A stretch of 64,000 nucleotides of DNA, from the IMG/VR virus record IMGVR_UViG_3300028888_000002; one strand, 5' to 3'. Both the position numbers and the translations under genes were made by a program. This document shows, one piece after another, positions 37,052-46,435 of this stretch (within the stretch, counting starts at the first letter, position 1; the number at the start of each line of letters is the position of its first letter). Origin of the DNA: a virus (lineage: Duplodnaviria > Caudoviricetes). The notes beneath the pieces were generated by a model. That model ran no database searches. It was not told the DNA's origin and saw nothing but the letters and a program-made list of their open reading frames with translations.

Positions 37052-37186
37052 TTGCGGGTCCTGCGTGGAGCCTTACCAGGGTTAAGGCTGTGTTCAAGCG
37101 GGACCAGGGCGAAGCCCTGGTGGTCTGTCAAGATATGTCCCTTTGAGCGGGCTATGTCTATTGCACTGATTTGTGTCATAGGTGCG

Positions 37187-37492
37187 TTACCATTTCATAA
37201 TGTTGCGAATGAACTCACGCTGTTCGGGGACGTATTCGTTCAAGATTCTTTCCCTGCGAATGCCCTCAATTACCCCCAGGGTAAACTGTGCCAGGACGAT
37301 TAGGAACCCTGCGATTAGGTGGACGTAAAGCGGGCACAGGAGGGACCAATGCCACGGCAGGGCGGTTACGGACCATACCTGGAACTTGCCCACTTCGGCA
37401 AAGTGCAGGATTACCGCCAGGATAGTGTAAATGACCGTGAGCGGGAAAAGTTTGGTTGAGAGTTTGGACAGGATTACTAGGAACAGTGTCAT
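37187..37492 (-). CDS. membrane protein
   Basis: AAAGGA RBS; hydrophobic. Confidence 0.7.
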   Translation of the reverse strand: MTLFLVILSKLSTKLFPLTVIYTILAVILHFAEVGKFQVWSVTALPWHWSLLCPLYVHLIAGFLIVLAQFTLGVIEGIRRERILNEYVPEQREFIRNIMKW

Positions 37493-37517
37493 TTTGGTTT
37501 TCCTTTTTGGTTATGGG

Positions 37518-38168
37518 TTAAACAGGGGCGTTTCCAAACGGTCCCCCATATATTAAGGTTTTAGGTGTCTTCGGTTTGGTTTTAAACAGTATGTCAAACA
37601 GGTAGTCCCGCCTTACGCCTGCGTGTTTCTCGCACATTCCGTAATGTTCCACGGAGTAAAGGGCGGGCAGGCTGCAATTACAGACAAAGCAGGTGGCACC
37701 CCCGAAATCTTTGCGGTGGCGGTCTTTGTATTCTTCGTAAGTTGGTAATGTCGGTATAATCTTGCGGGCATCGTCCTGGACCCTTCTCACGTTGTCGTCG
37801 GGCAGTTCGTCCAGGTATTGTTGAATTTTGGCGAACGGCATACCCTCAGTAATGAGCCGTAAGTCGGCAACCGTTCTAGGCAGCAGGCAGTTCATTTTTA
37901 TAAACAGGGTCATATCTTCCACGGACTTGAAGTCTTCACGGTCTTCCACCAACTTGCAGTGGTCGCCCAGGGTCCTGTGGACCATATAGCATTTGCCTGT
38001 TTTTAAGCCGATATACCATTGACGCTTTAAGAAATTTAACAGTATTTCGTCGGTATCTTCGTAGGCGTAGGTGTGGTCTATTTCCACGCAGATACCGCAG
38101 CAGAACAACAGGTTAATGATGTTGAATACTGCGTCCCTGGTCTTTTCATCCCAATGAGTGATAGTCAT
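37518..38168 (-). CDS. hypothetical protein
   Basis: First gene after promoter; CCGAGG RBS. Confidence 0.8.
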   Translation of the reverse strand: MTITHWDEKTRDAVFNIINLLFCCGICVEIDHTYAYEDTDEILLNFLKRQWYIGLKTGKCYMVHRTLGDHCKLVEDREDFKSVEDMTLFIKMNCLLPRTVADLRLITEGMPFAKIQQYLDELPDDNVRRVQDDARKIIPTLPTYEEYKDRHRKDFGGATCFVCNCSLPALYSVEHYGMCEKHAGVRRDYLFDILFKTKPKTPKTLIYGGPFGNAPV

Positions 38169-38200
38169 TTGCCCTCGGTGGTTGTGGTTGTTACATACTG

Positions 38201-38229
38201 AATATAACTAATTATCCAGGCGGTGTCAA
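38201..38229 (-). promoter_or_regulatory. class 1 promoter
   Basis: TTGACA-17-TATATT. Confidence 0.9.
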
Positions 38230-38249
38230 TAGGTAATCTAACAAAATAC

Positions 38250-38456
38250 CTAGAATTTTAGTTGTATCGGGAACATAGGGTTTTCGGGGACGGGGCTATC
38301 GCCCAGGACGATATAGGCAGCGACAAAGAATGCCGTGAGCAGCAACACGATTGTAGCTAGTCGGGCTTTCAATGCCGTAAGCGGGTCAAAGAAAATCGCT
38401 AGGCAAGTCAAGCCGATTACACCGCCCAATAGATACATAATGTCGTAAGTAGTCAT
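38250..38456 (-). CDS. small 2-TM protein
   Basis: GAGGA RBS. Confidence 0.65.
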   Translation of the reverse strand: MTTYDIMYLLGGVIGLTCLAIFFDPLTALKARLATIVLLLTAFFVAAYIVLGDSPVPENPMFPIQLKF

Positions 38457-38460
38457 TGGG

Positions 38461-38661
38461 CTAGTCCTCGGTTATACGAAGTGTGAACGATTCGTCCCAA
38501 CGGGAAGCACCCACGGCACGGACGTAGCAGCCGTCCCGTTCCTGGGAGGGCTTTTTGAAGCGGGCGTGTTCACAGATATACTGCGTCTTCGTTTCACGGA
38601 TTACGGGGTATCGGGCTATCCCGCCTGCGACAAACGGATTGTTCTGTTCAAGGATTTTCAT
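38461..38661 (-). CDS. hypothetical protein
   Basis: ATGA overlap. Confidence 0.65.
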   Translation of the reverse strand: MKILEQNNPFVAGGIARYPVIRETKTQYICEHARFKKPSQERDGCYVRAVGASRWDESFTLRITED

Positions 38662-38846
38662 AGTCTTTTATCCAGGTCTGTTTCGGCAGGGACTTCAAGA
38701 ATGTAGTAGTTGGTCTGCTTGAAGTCACCGCACGGGGGCTGTTGTTGGTCTATGGATATTTCTATCCTGTCGTTATAGGACCCGCTGACCGTTACGGTCA
38801 TAACCAGGTCTTTTCGGGCTTCGGGGTTGGTTATATGGACTATCAT
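38658..38846 (-). CDS. hypothetical protein
   Basis: AAGGA RBS. Confidence 0.65.
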   Translation of the reverse strand: MIVHITNPEARKDLVMTVTVSGSYNDRIEISIDQQQPPCGDFKQTNYYILEVPAETDLDKRL

Positions 38847-38859
38847 TGTAAAGTTCCTT

Positions 38860-39225
38860 TTACGTTAGCATCGGCAGAATGTTCGGGTTTTCCCTAACGA
38901 TTTCGTCGTGGATTTCCTGGAACGTTTCCATTAGGGTTTCTTTGGCGGGTAGTCGGGAATAGACTAAATCGTGGAAATTGATTAGGCGGTCCCTGGTTAT
39001 GAACCTGTGGTCCATAGACTGCGTGTCTGCGTGGACGTGGACGTTCGGGTAATCAAACCACCAGGTAAACATCACACTGCCGATTTCAACGAAATTCCAG
39101 GTTCCACGCCTGCAATCGGAGCAGGCATAGTAGAACCCGTTGCGTCGTTGCTTTCCGCAAATCGGGCAACACGGGAACGGCTTCAGCTTTCGGGTTTTCG
39201 GAATGGACCTGCGACGCTTTTTCAT
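38860..39225 (-). CDS. zinc-finger hypothetical protein
   Basis: CPICG...CSDC. Confidence 0.7.
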   Translation of the reverse strand: MKKRRRSIPKTRKLKPFPCCPICGKQRRNGFYYACSDCRRGTWNFVEIGSVMFTWWFDYPNVHVHADTQSMDHRFITRDRLINFHDLVYSRLPAKETLMETFQEIHDEIVRENPNILPMLT

Positions 39226-40130
39226 TAGGCTTCCTTCCTGCCGTAAACCTTTGCGACGTATTCACGAACGGTCTTCATATTCGTGGTGAACGCCTTTTCC
39301 ATTTTGTCAAGTTCGGCTGTGACGGTGGTTTCCGATACGGGCTTCGCATAGATTCCAACGGGGTCGCCACCCGCAGCCACTTTTTTAGCTAGTTCGCAAA
39401 CGGACATAGTGAAGCACATTTCTGTGTTTTCGCAGCACGGGTAAGCCGAAGCATTGCCGAACGCCTGGTAGGTTAGACGCTTGCACTTGAGGTAGATACT
39501 TGCGTCGCCATCGCTTGCAACTAGCCATTTCCCGAACACGTCCATAACGTGCAGGTATTTGCCCATTTCAAGGCAATAGATATTCCCCACAAGAATATCC
39601 TTGTAAGCGTTCAAAATGTCGTTGAACAGCTTGTTTGCGTCGCCTGTGTAGGTCTTCAAGGTTTCACCGTTGTTACACAGCGATTCGTAAAGGGCTTCTT
39701 CTGCTTCGGTCCTGTGTTCAATCTTGTTCAACGCTGCGAGCAGGTCCGAACGGCTTGAACGGTGCTTGTATGCGTGGAAAGCGGTAAGTGCGTCTGTAAG
39801 CGTCCCAATAAGGTTTATAGAGTTCGCTTTGATAAACTGTTCGCACCACTTGTAGAACTCATTGAGTTCGTAGCCGTGAATGACTACCGTGGACGGGGAC
39901 CACGCCTTGATAATCGGGTGTCGCTGCGGGAACGGAGCCTGGAAGCTGTCGCCTTCCCAAAGGACCCCTGTATGGAGCGTGTCGGTTTCGTCAAGCACGT
40001 CATAGCGGGTGCCCTTGTATTTCGGGAACAGGTCGGGGTGGAACATAAGCCGTGTGCCCCAATCCGTATGGTGACGGACGGGCTTTATGGCTTCGGGCTT
40101 GATTCGGGGATATTTTTCAGTAAGGTTCAT
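39225..40130 (-). CDS. hypothetical protein; C-terminal half paralogous to 45043-45648
   Basis: AAAGGA RBS before ATG 40130; RTEAEEALY...DANKLFNDIL vs RTAAEDALL...DAEKLCLDIL. Confidence 0.8.
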   Translation of the reverse strand: MNLTEKYPRIKPEAIKPVRHHTDWGTRLMFHPDLFPKYKGTRYDVLDETDTLHTGVLWEGDSFQAPFPQRHPIIKAWSPSTVVIHGYELNEFYKWCEQFIKANSINLIGTLTDALTAFHAYKHRSSRSDLLAALNKIEHRTEAEEALYESLCNNGETLKTYTGDANKLFNDILNAYKDILVGNIYCLEMGKYLHVMDVFGKWLVASDGDASIYLKCKRLTYQAFGNASAYPCCENTEMCFTMSVCELAKKVAAGGDPVGIYAKPVSETTVTAELDKMEKAFTTNMKTVREYVAKVYGRKEA

Positions 40131-40159
40131 ACGTGGTTGTCCTTTTCGGTGAATGAAAC

Positions 40160-40822
40160 TTATATCGGAACAGTCTTGCAGAGTTCCCTGTTTTCGTTGG
40201 TCCATACGAACCAGGCGTGGCACATAGTTGTCGCCCAACGGCTCCCGTGTTCGTCGGTAGGTTGCCCGTTGTTCCAGGTAGCCATACGCTTTGCGAACGG
40301 GAAGCAGAACTTGGGCGGGTGGTCTATAAGGAACTGCTGTCGCTTGTCGCCTTCCCAAAATTGGATTTTTAGAAAGAACGCCAGGTAGCCTTTCGGTGCC
40401 AGGTGCTTCAAGCATTTTTCTGTAAATTCCTGGGCGAGCGAATACGGGGGGTTTGAAACAATTAGGTCGTATTTCGTCTTCGCCATAATCGCCAACGGTT
40501 CATAGAGCAAGAAATCCTGGACCCTGGTGTTCGGGTAGCCACGGTCCACAAGGTCAATAAATACGTTCCTGGCATCCAGGGAATTTTTGAGCGAATGCGT
40601 GAAATAGTCTAGCGTGGCGGTTGCTATGTTCCCGTTGCCTACGCAGGGTTCCAGGAATGACCTGGGGGTGAAATCTTGGAAATCGGGGTCATACGTGCAA
40701 AGTGCGTTAAACAGAGCTGCTACGGCTTTCGGGTCAGTAGCGTAGAAATCATTTTCGGTTCGGTAGCCTGCCGACGGGTTGCCACCTGCAAGTTGGGCAC
40801 CCGATAGGGTTGGAAATGCCAT
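40160..40822 (-). CDS. DNA amino-methyltransferase (N6-adenine/N4-cytosine)
   Basis: FYAT, FLEPCVGNG (motif I), IVSNPPY (motif IV). Confidence 0.85.
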   Translation of the reverse strand: MAFPTLSGAQLAGGNPSAGYRTENDFYATDPKAVAALFNALCTYDPDFQDFTPRSFLEPCVGNGNIATATLDYFTHSLKNSLDARNVFIDLVDRGYPNTRVQDFLLYEPLAIMAKTKYDLIVSNPPYSLAQEFTEKCLKHLAPKGYLAFFLKIQFWEGDKRQQFLIDHPPKFCFPFAKRMATWNNGQPTDEHGSRWATTMCHAWFVWTNENRELCKTVPI

Positions 40823-40854
40823 AAGGGTTCCTTGATTAGATTTTGTCCTGTATG

Positions 40855-40883
40855 AATATAACTAATTACCTGGTCCTTGTCAA
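40855..40883 (-). promoter_or_regulatory. class 1 promoter
   Basis: TTGACA-17-TATATT. Confidence 0.9.
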
Positions 40884-40922
40884 TACCAAATATAACAAAA
40901 TACCTAAATAGGGTGCTGAAAT

Positions 40923-40943
40923 AAGCCCCGTGGTCGGGGCTTT
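40923..40943 (-). terminator. intrinsic terminator
   Basis: AAGCCCCG-ACCA-CGGGGCTT-ATTT on the - strand. Confidence 0.75.
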
Positions 40944-40951
40944 GTTATACG

Positions 40952-41329
40952 TTACTTCAAGACTTCGGATTCAAGCCACGGCTTCAGTTCTACGTCCCAC
41001 CTGTCCCCGAAAGTCGTATATTCAATATCTACTTTTTTCGGGTCCATTTTTAGAATGTGTGACGGAACGTTCTGTCCCCAAAAAGTCAGCGGGTATTCCG
41101 TGTTGTTACAGATACATTTAGTAGAAACAATCGGCTTGCCCGCTTCTTTCTTTCCACCCAAATGAACGTCCCAATGTTCGGTCTTCGTCCCGTCGGTAAC
41201 GTCTTCTATAAGGTGACAGCCACCCCCGTGCGGGAGTTGCAGGCAACTGCGAATAGCGGACATAACCTTTCGGATAAATTCCTGCTTCGTTAGGGCGTTG
41301 GATTCGTGTATGCGGATTTTTAGGGACAT
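40952..41329 (-). CDS. protein with N-terminal SLKIRIHES motif; candidate virion-internal protein
   Basis: Motif shared with 19644, 26688, 27104. Confidence 0.75.
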   Translation of the reverse strand: MSLKIRIHESNALTKQEFIRKVMSAIRSCLQLPHGGGCHLIEDVTDGTKTEHWDVHLGGKKEAGKPIVSTKCICNNTEYPLTFWGQNVPSHILKMDPKKVDIEYTTFGDRWDVELKPWLESEVLK

Positions 41330-41338
41330 AGTGACCTG

Positions 41339-42247
41339 TTAGTTGGAGCGGTAGCAGTAGTAACCGCACGGGAGTTCAATTTCCTTGCCGTCGTAGCGGG
41401 CAAGTTCATTGGCGGGACCGTCGGCTTCTGTGCAGGCTGCTGCAAGAGCATCCAGGTCCACAAGGTTATGTTCTTTTACGGCTGTATTAAATTCTTCGTC
41501 GCCAAAGTTATCCTTGAACCACTGAATGTAGTCATCGCCCCAATCTTCAAGGCACTTTTCAACTGCGTCTTCTTCGTCAATGTCGCCAAATTCTTCCTTG
41601 TAGCGTTCGGGTTCGCTTTCCTTAATGTCGGAAACATAGGATTCGGCATCTTCACGTTGAGCGTCTTTGAACCAATCCACGTCAATGAACTGTTCAATGC
41701 CACCGATGTTTTCAAAGTGGATAAAGTCCACACCTTCCATTTCAAGGAGGTCCTTGACGCTTTCAGTGGAGGCTTCTTCTGCGTCGCTGTAATCTTCATA
41801 GCAGTAGTATTCTTCGTCACCGAAGGTCACGCAAATTCCCTTACCAGGTGCATAGCTTTCAAGGGCTGCGTCTTCGTAGTTATTACCTGTTTCTTCGGCA
41901 AGTTCCTTGACCATAGCCTTTACTTCGTCGGATTCGTCTTCAAGGGCTTCGTGCTTGCGGGACTTGTAGGCTTCCATAGCCTTCTGCATAGAGCATTCCT
42001 TCTTTTGCAGGCTTTCGTCCGTAGAGCGGGAGTAAACCACCTTGCCGTCGTCCACGGAACGCAACTGCATAGCAACAAAAGCCTTGCCCTTGTTGTCTTC
42101 AATCGTGCCGTCAATGAGGTCCTTACGGATAGTCGGGCTGTCGTCAACGACGGCTGCTCTTGTGAGAACGCTTGTAGGTTCATAGTTCGGGTTAAGGGGC
42201 TTGAACTCCTTCATATCCCCGCCTTTGTAGTAAACGTAGCATTTCAT
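41339..42247 (-). CDS. extremely acidic protein with ES/CSMQK/KHE linker; candidate injected DNA mimic
   Basis: AAGGAG RBS; D/E-rich C-terminal 200 aa ending ARYDGKEIEL...YRSN. Confidence 0.8.
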   Translation of the reverse strand: MKCYVYYKGGDMKEFKPLNPNYEPTSVLTRAAVVDDSPTIRKDLIDGTIEDNKGKAFVAMQLRSVDDGKVVYSRSTDESLQKKECSMQKAMEAYKSRKHEALEDESDEVKAMVKELAEETGNNYEDAALESYAPGKGICVTFGDEEYYCYEDYSDAEEASTESVKDLLEMEGVDFIHFENIGGIEQFIDVDWFKDAQREDAESYVSDIKESEPERYKEEFGDIDEEDAVEKCLEDWGDDYIQWFKDNFGDEEFNTAVKEHNLVDLDALAAACTEADGPANELARYDGKEIELPCGYYCYRSN

Positions 42248-42362
42248 AATTACGAAACTCCTTTAAGTTGTTTGTCCGTAAAAATAATAAAAATTCGGTA
42301 GGTAGATAAATTCGGTAGGTGCTTTCCTGCTGTTATGCGGGCTTCGCTGCCGTCCTGGTAAT

Positions 42363-42391
42363 AATATAACAAATTACCGTGTAGCTGTCAA
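42363..42391 (-). promoter_or_regulatory. class 1 promoter
   Basis: TTGACA-17-TATATT. Confidence 0.85.
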
Positions 42392-42594
42392 TAGTAAATC
42401 TTAAAATTTTTCAAAAATTATTCGTTGCGGTAATAGTGCAGGGCTAACCTCGCTTGCAGCATTCGTCGGGAAAGTTTAAGGCACATTCAAACACGCTGTT
42501 CGTCACGGGCTGAAAGTGCTTGCAATTACGGCACTTGTCTTTCGGGATATACTTGACGGTAGCCTGGGCTTTGATTTCACGGGGTTCAAACATA

Positions 42595-42816
42595 TTACAC
42601 CTCTTGAAGTCTAGGACCAATGCGGGTGTCAGCACCCTCGGTGACACGGTAAGGGATTTCCAGGGCTGCTGCAACCTTGTTCACGATTTCAGCGTCATAT
42701 CGCCAGGTTGTCCCGAACGTGCTGTGGTCCGCAATCGTTTGAAGTTTGTAGATACACTTTTCTGCCAACAGCTTTACTTCGGCACCCTTGATTTCACGAC
42801 GTTGGCTTTTAGACAT
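42595..42816 (-). CDS. hypothetical protein
   Basis: Tiled ORF. Confidence 0.65.
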   Translation of the reverse strand: MSKSQRREIKGAEVKLLAEKCIYKLQTIADHSTFGTTWRYDAEIVNKVAAALEIPYRVTEGADTRIGPRLQEV

Positions 42817-42990
42817 AATACCCCCTGGGTTAAAGCGTAAAATCTAACTTGTTCTTTTCGTAGCATTCGTCGCATACACGGTAGGTGTAGGCACGACCAG
42901 GAAGCCTGCGGACCGATTCGGTTTTCAGTCGGCAATACATACAGGGCTTGCCCTTGCGGAAAAGGTTCTTGAAAAAGATTTTGATTTTGT

Positions 42991-43371
42991 TCATAGCGGT
43001 TTTTCCTTTTGTTGGTTAAGGTTGTATTTTTTGCAAATTGCTTTATACAGGCGAACGCCACAGTGGATAGTGAGCGTCCCCAGGTTGTCTTCAACGTAAA
43101 TCGCCCTGTTCCACCTGTGGAGTATTCCACGCTTGAAAATAACGGGGTTCGGGTCAGCCGTTATCTTCTTTGCCGTGTCCAGGTAGGGTTCCAGGTAATG
43201 CAATTCGTAATGTGTGCTAGACTGCGACACGGTAATAAATCCCTTGCCTACATAGCGGACCACTCCGCATATCGGGGCATACGTGTGGTCCGTGATATGG
43301 GCTTTATGGGCATACGTCATAATGTCGCTCATTTCGGGGATTCCTATATGTATAATCGTTTCTCGCAACAT
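42991..43371 (-). CDS. hypothetical protein
   Basis: Tiled ORF. Confidence 0.7.
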   Translation of the reverse strand: MLRETIIHIGIPEMSDIMTYAHKAHITDHTYAPICGVVRYVGKGFITVSQSSTHYELHYLEPYLDTAKKITADPNPVIFKRGILHRWNRAIYVEDNLGTLTIHCGVRLYKAICKKYNLNQQKEKPL

Positions 43372-43372
43372 A

Positions 43373-43933
43373 TTACTTTAACGGTCTAAAAAATATCCCG
43401 CCTTCTTCGTTAGCAGAATCTATCAATTCCACGGGATAAATCCTGGGCTTTTCATTCGGGTCCGTAACCAGGCTCATAGCCAGGAATGCTTTTTCCCTTG
43501 CTTCAAGCAACGAACAGGTGAACACCGTGCAGTCTTCAATCTTTTGGAACGGGGACGGCTTCCATTTCTTGTCAGCGTCCAGGTAGCTGCTTTTCCCGTC
43601 GCATTCCTTTACAAGAATGAAACGACGATTCGGGGGTTCAATGTTCAACGGGGCGTTGATTACAACCGCAGGCAGGTCGTCCATAGGACCGTCGGCAAAC
43701 AAGATGGCTTGCTGCTTGTAGGTGCCGTCCGTAAAGTCCGCAGTAATCAAGTAGGTGTGCCAACCGATACGGCTGTCATCGCAGTAGAAACGGCATTTGA
43801 GCGTGTCAAGGTTGAACGTGTCTTCATACACGTTCTTGATATGGTCTTTGAGTTCTTGAAGCGACTTGACTTCTACCATACGCTCCATAGATTCGTGGAG
43901 CGTGAAAAAACTTCCCGCAGGGCGAATACGCAT
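43373..43933 (-). CDS. hypothetical phage protein (YCDDSRIGWHTYLI)
   Basis: GAGG RBS. Confidence 0.75.
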   Translation of the reverse strand: MRIRPAGSFFTLHESMERMVEVKSLQELKDHIKNVYEDTFNLDTLKCRFYCDDSRIGWHTYLITADFTDGTYKQQAILFADGPMDDLPAVVINAPLNIEPPNRRFILVKECDGKSSYLDADKKWKPSPFQKIEDCTVFTCSLLEAREKAFLAMSLVTDPNEKPRIYPVELIDSANEEGGIFFRPLK

Positions 43934-44205
43934 TATTTCACCTCTTCTTTTAGATACATAATTGTCAACCCGCCAAATCGGGATTTGTCCGTAAGGTTTG
44001 CCCCAACTTGCCAGGGGATTTCAATACGGACAGCCTTAATGTCGTTGCCCTTATATTCCTTGCAATAGCTGTCAATGTCATTATTGATAAACGTATTGGC
44101 TGCTTCTTCGGTGGAATGCTCCGTGACCGTCCGTATGCAGGGATTTTCTACAAGAGCCTTGTATAAGGGTTTGTCAACCCTTTCGCAGCGTGTAACTCTA
44201 AACAT
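43933..44205 (-). CDS. hypothetical protein
   Basis: Tiled ORF. Confidence 0.7.
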   Translation of the reverse strand: MFRVTRCERVDKPLYKALVENPCIRTVTEHSTEEAANTFINNDIDSYCKEYKGNDIKAVRIEIPWQVGANLTDKSRFGGLTIMYLKEEVK

Positions 44206-44214
44206 ATTGGACCC

Positions 44215-44550
44215 CTAGAAGTTGCGGACATACAGGTGGAACTTTTCGTCCTTGCCTTCAAACGTAAGCGTGAACTGCTTGTCGTCGTCACGCAGAAGCC
44301 TAATACGGATAGAATAGAACAGGTCTGTGACCTGTTCCCAGGTGTCACATACAAGAATTTCGTGGGGGTTGGCATAGTAGCCGTCAATGCTTACCTTGTT
44401 CGGTTCAAGGTTTCTAATCGCACTGCGGAGCTGTTCAAGAACAACATCTTTCCAGGGGCGTGTCGGGTCCGCAACGAATTGGAATTGAAGCGGGTTGTTG
44501 TTTTTGGTATTTTCCCAAACACCTGTGAACATTTTTACGGGAACGTGCAT
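44215..44550 (-). CDS. hypothetical protein
   Basis: CCGAGGATA RBS after promoter. Confidence 0.8.
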   Translation of the reverse strand: MHVPVKMFTGVWENTKNNNPLQFQFVADPTRPWKDVVLEQLRSAIRNLEPNKVSIDGYYANPHEILVCDTWEQVTDLFYSIRIRLLRDDDKQFTLTFEGKDEKFHLYVRNF

Positions 44551-44585
44551 TTGATTATCCTCGGTTGTGGTTTAACTTCACCCTA

Positions 44586-44614
44586 AATATAATAAAATAC
44601 CCGTGTGCTGTCAA
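44586..44614 (-). promoter_or_regulatory. class 1 promoter
   Basis: TTGACA-17-TATATT. Confidence 0.9.
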
Positions 44615-44645
44615 CAGGTATTTCAAAAATTTTTAATTTTTTATT

Positions 44646-44858
44646 TTAGGGTTCTGCGTCGTCAAAATGCCCGCAGCCTTTGATACGCTCCCCGCACATA
44701 GGGCAGAACTTGATAGCCACGCCTACCCAATCCCCGTTTTTGGTATAGACTGACAGGTAGTTGTCTTCGTCAATGAACGCTTCGTCCTTGCCGTTATCAT
44801 TAAACAGCGGGAACCGCTTTGCCTCTTCATTGGTTTCGTGGTCGCAATACTTACACAT
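44646..44858 (-). CDS. MCKYC...IKFCPMCG zinc-ribbon family protein
   Basis: Motif. Confidence 0.8.
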   Translation of the reverse strand: MCKYCDHETNEEAKRFPLFNDNGKDEAFIDEDNYLSVYTKNGDWVGVAIKFCPMCGERIKGCGHFDDAEP

Positions 44859-44861
44859 AGG

Positions 44862-45050
44862 CTAGAACTCCAACTTTTGTCCGCACATAGGGCAGAACTT
44901 GATTTTGATAGAGTGCAGGGCAAAATCCCAACCGTCCCTACGGACGGCAAGCCTGCCCGTGTTCATTAACCGAAACAGGTCGCTGCCATCACCGAAATCG
45001 GCTCCCGCCTGTAATCCGTCTTTATGGGTGGTCTTGCAATACTTACACAT
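44862..45050 (-). CDS. MCKYC...IKFCPMCG zinc-ribbon family protein
   Basis: Motif; tandem with neighbour. Confidence 0.8.
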   Translation of the reverse strand: MCKYCKTTHKDGLQAGADFGDGSDLFRLMNTGRLAVRRDGWDFALHSIKIKFCPMCGQKLEF

Positions 45051-45648
45051 TGGTAGCCCCCAGGATTTCACGGAACTTCGCCACGGCTGCGTCGTTCAAG
45101 GTTTTGTATTTCATACACATAGCTTGCATTTTGGCGATAACGTCTTCTGCGGATATTTCGGTAAGTTCTGCAAAGAATGGGATTTCGGTAATCTTTTCGT
45201 TGGCGACACGCTTTGAAAGTTCTATGAACCCGCCCTTGATTTCCACGGACCACGGAGTTATTTCGGGAACCGTGTATGCACTGTCAGTTCCTACAAGTTT
45301 TCCCGACAATCCGAGAGAGTCGCCTTCCTTGCCTACTTCCTGGATTAGAACGTAATTGTCCCAGGGGTTGTCTTTTAGAACGAACGTCTTACCCACTAGG
45401 CATTTCTTGTAATGACCCAAAATGTCAAGGCACAGTTTTTCGGCATCCAGGTTCAAGGCTGTGCTTTCACCCAGGAACACTTCTAACTCTTTTAGCAGTG
45501 CGTCTTCGGCAGCGGTCCGCTTCTTAATCTGTTGGAGCCTGTTTAGAATGTTGGCACGTTGCACACGGTCGGGTTCGTAGATTCGTGTTTTAAGGTAATC
45601 GTGATAAACCTGGTAAGCCGTGATTAGCTCTTTTGGTGTTTCAATCAT
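45043..45648 (-). CDS. hypothetical protein
   Basis: AGGA RBS; paralogous to the 39225-40130 C-terminal half. Confidence 0.8.
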   Translation of the reverse strand: MIETPKELITAYQVYHDYLKTRIYEPDRVQRANILNRLQQIKKRTAAEDALLKELEVFLGESTALNLDAEKLCLDILGHYKKCLVGKTFVLKDNPWDNYVLIQEVGKEGDSLGLSGKLVGTDSAYTVPEITPWSVEIKGGFIELSKRVANEKITEIPFFAELTEISAEDVIAKMQAMCMKYKTLNDAAVAKFREILGATNV

Positions 45649-45652
45649 AATC

Positions 45653-46117
45653 CTATCCTTGACTTTCTAATTGTAATATAGCACCAGGGCTTTTATTTTC
45701 AATTCGGGAGTTCGGGCAGTTCAAAAGAACTTCCAGGACGACAGCGAGCATTTCCTTTAAGTTTTCAAACGAATAGGTATGCTCCCACAGTGAGAACCCG
45801 ATACGGTATTTTTCCAGGCGTTCTTTCAGCGGTTCCGTGATAGGCTTCACTAGGGATAGGTCTTCTTTCCAATCGGGACCGTAGGAAAGTATTCGGCTAC
45901 CGTGGATTCCTTCTTTCGTTGCGGTGTTGATTGTCACCTTGCCGTTGTGTTCCACCAGGTCTTTTGCAAAGCAGGCTACCGTCCGCAGGTCACACAGGAA
46001 CCTGCCCGTGAACGGGTCCCCGTGCTGTAACAGACCGTCCAAACGTTGCTTCCGTTTATGCAGGGCAACTTCAACGTCGGTCATTACTCTTGTGGTTTCT
46101 TCGGTTATTTGCTGCAT
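45653..46117 (-). CDS. hypothetical protein
   Basis: Tiled ORF. Confidence 0.7.
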   Translation of the reverse strand: MQQITEETTRVMTDVEVALHKRKQRLDGLLQHGDPFTGRFLCDLRTVACFAKDLVEHNGKVTINTATKEGIHGSRILSYGPDWKEDLSLVKPITEPLKERLEKYRIGFSLWEHTYSFENLKEMLAVVLEVLLNCPNSRIENKSPGAILQLESQG

Positions 46118-46120
46118 ACG

Positions 46121-46435
46121 CTATTCCAGGTCAATTTTCTTGCAGGTGTATTCGTCGCCCGTCTTTTCGGGGTTCCAGGTGTAGCACAGAATAGAGAAGT
46201 GCGGACCGTCGTCAAGGACAAACGTAATGAACGCCACGAACTGTTCAAGTGCTTTCTGTTCATACAGCGAAATGCGTGTAGGGACTTCGGGGAACTGCTT
46301 TGCGATTTCGGCTTTGCAGTTTTTGGTCGTGGTGGACATCCATTCCTTGATAGTGTCGTAATTGAACTCTTTGGGGAGTTCCATTTCATAGGCAATCTTG
46401 ACGATTTCGGTAATAGCTTCAAATTTATTTTTCAT
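46121..46435 (-). CDS. hypothetical protein
   Basis: AAGGA RBS. Confidence 0.7.
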   Translation of the reverse strand: MKNKFEAITEIVKIAYEMELPKEFNYDTIKEWMSTTTKNCKAEIAKQFPEVPTRISLYEQKALEQFVAFITFVLDDGPHFSILCYTWNPEKTGDEYTCKKIDLE

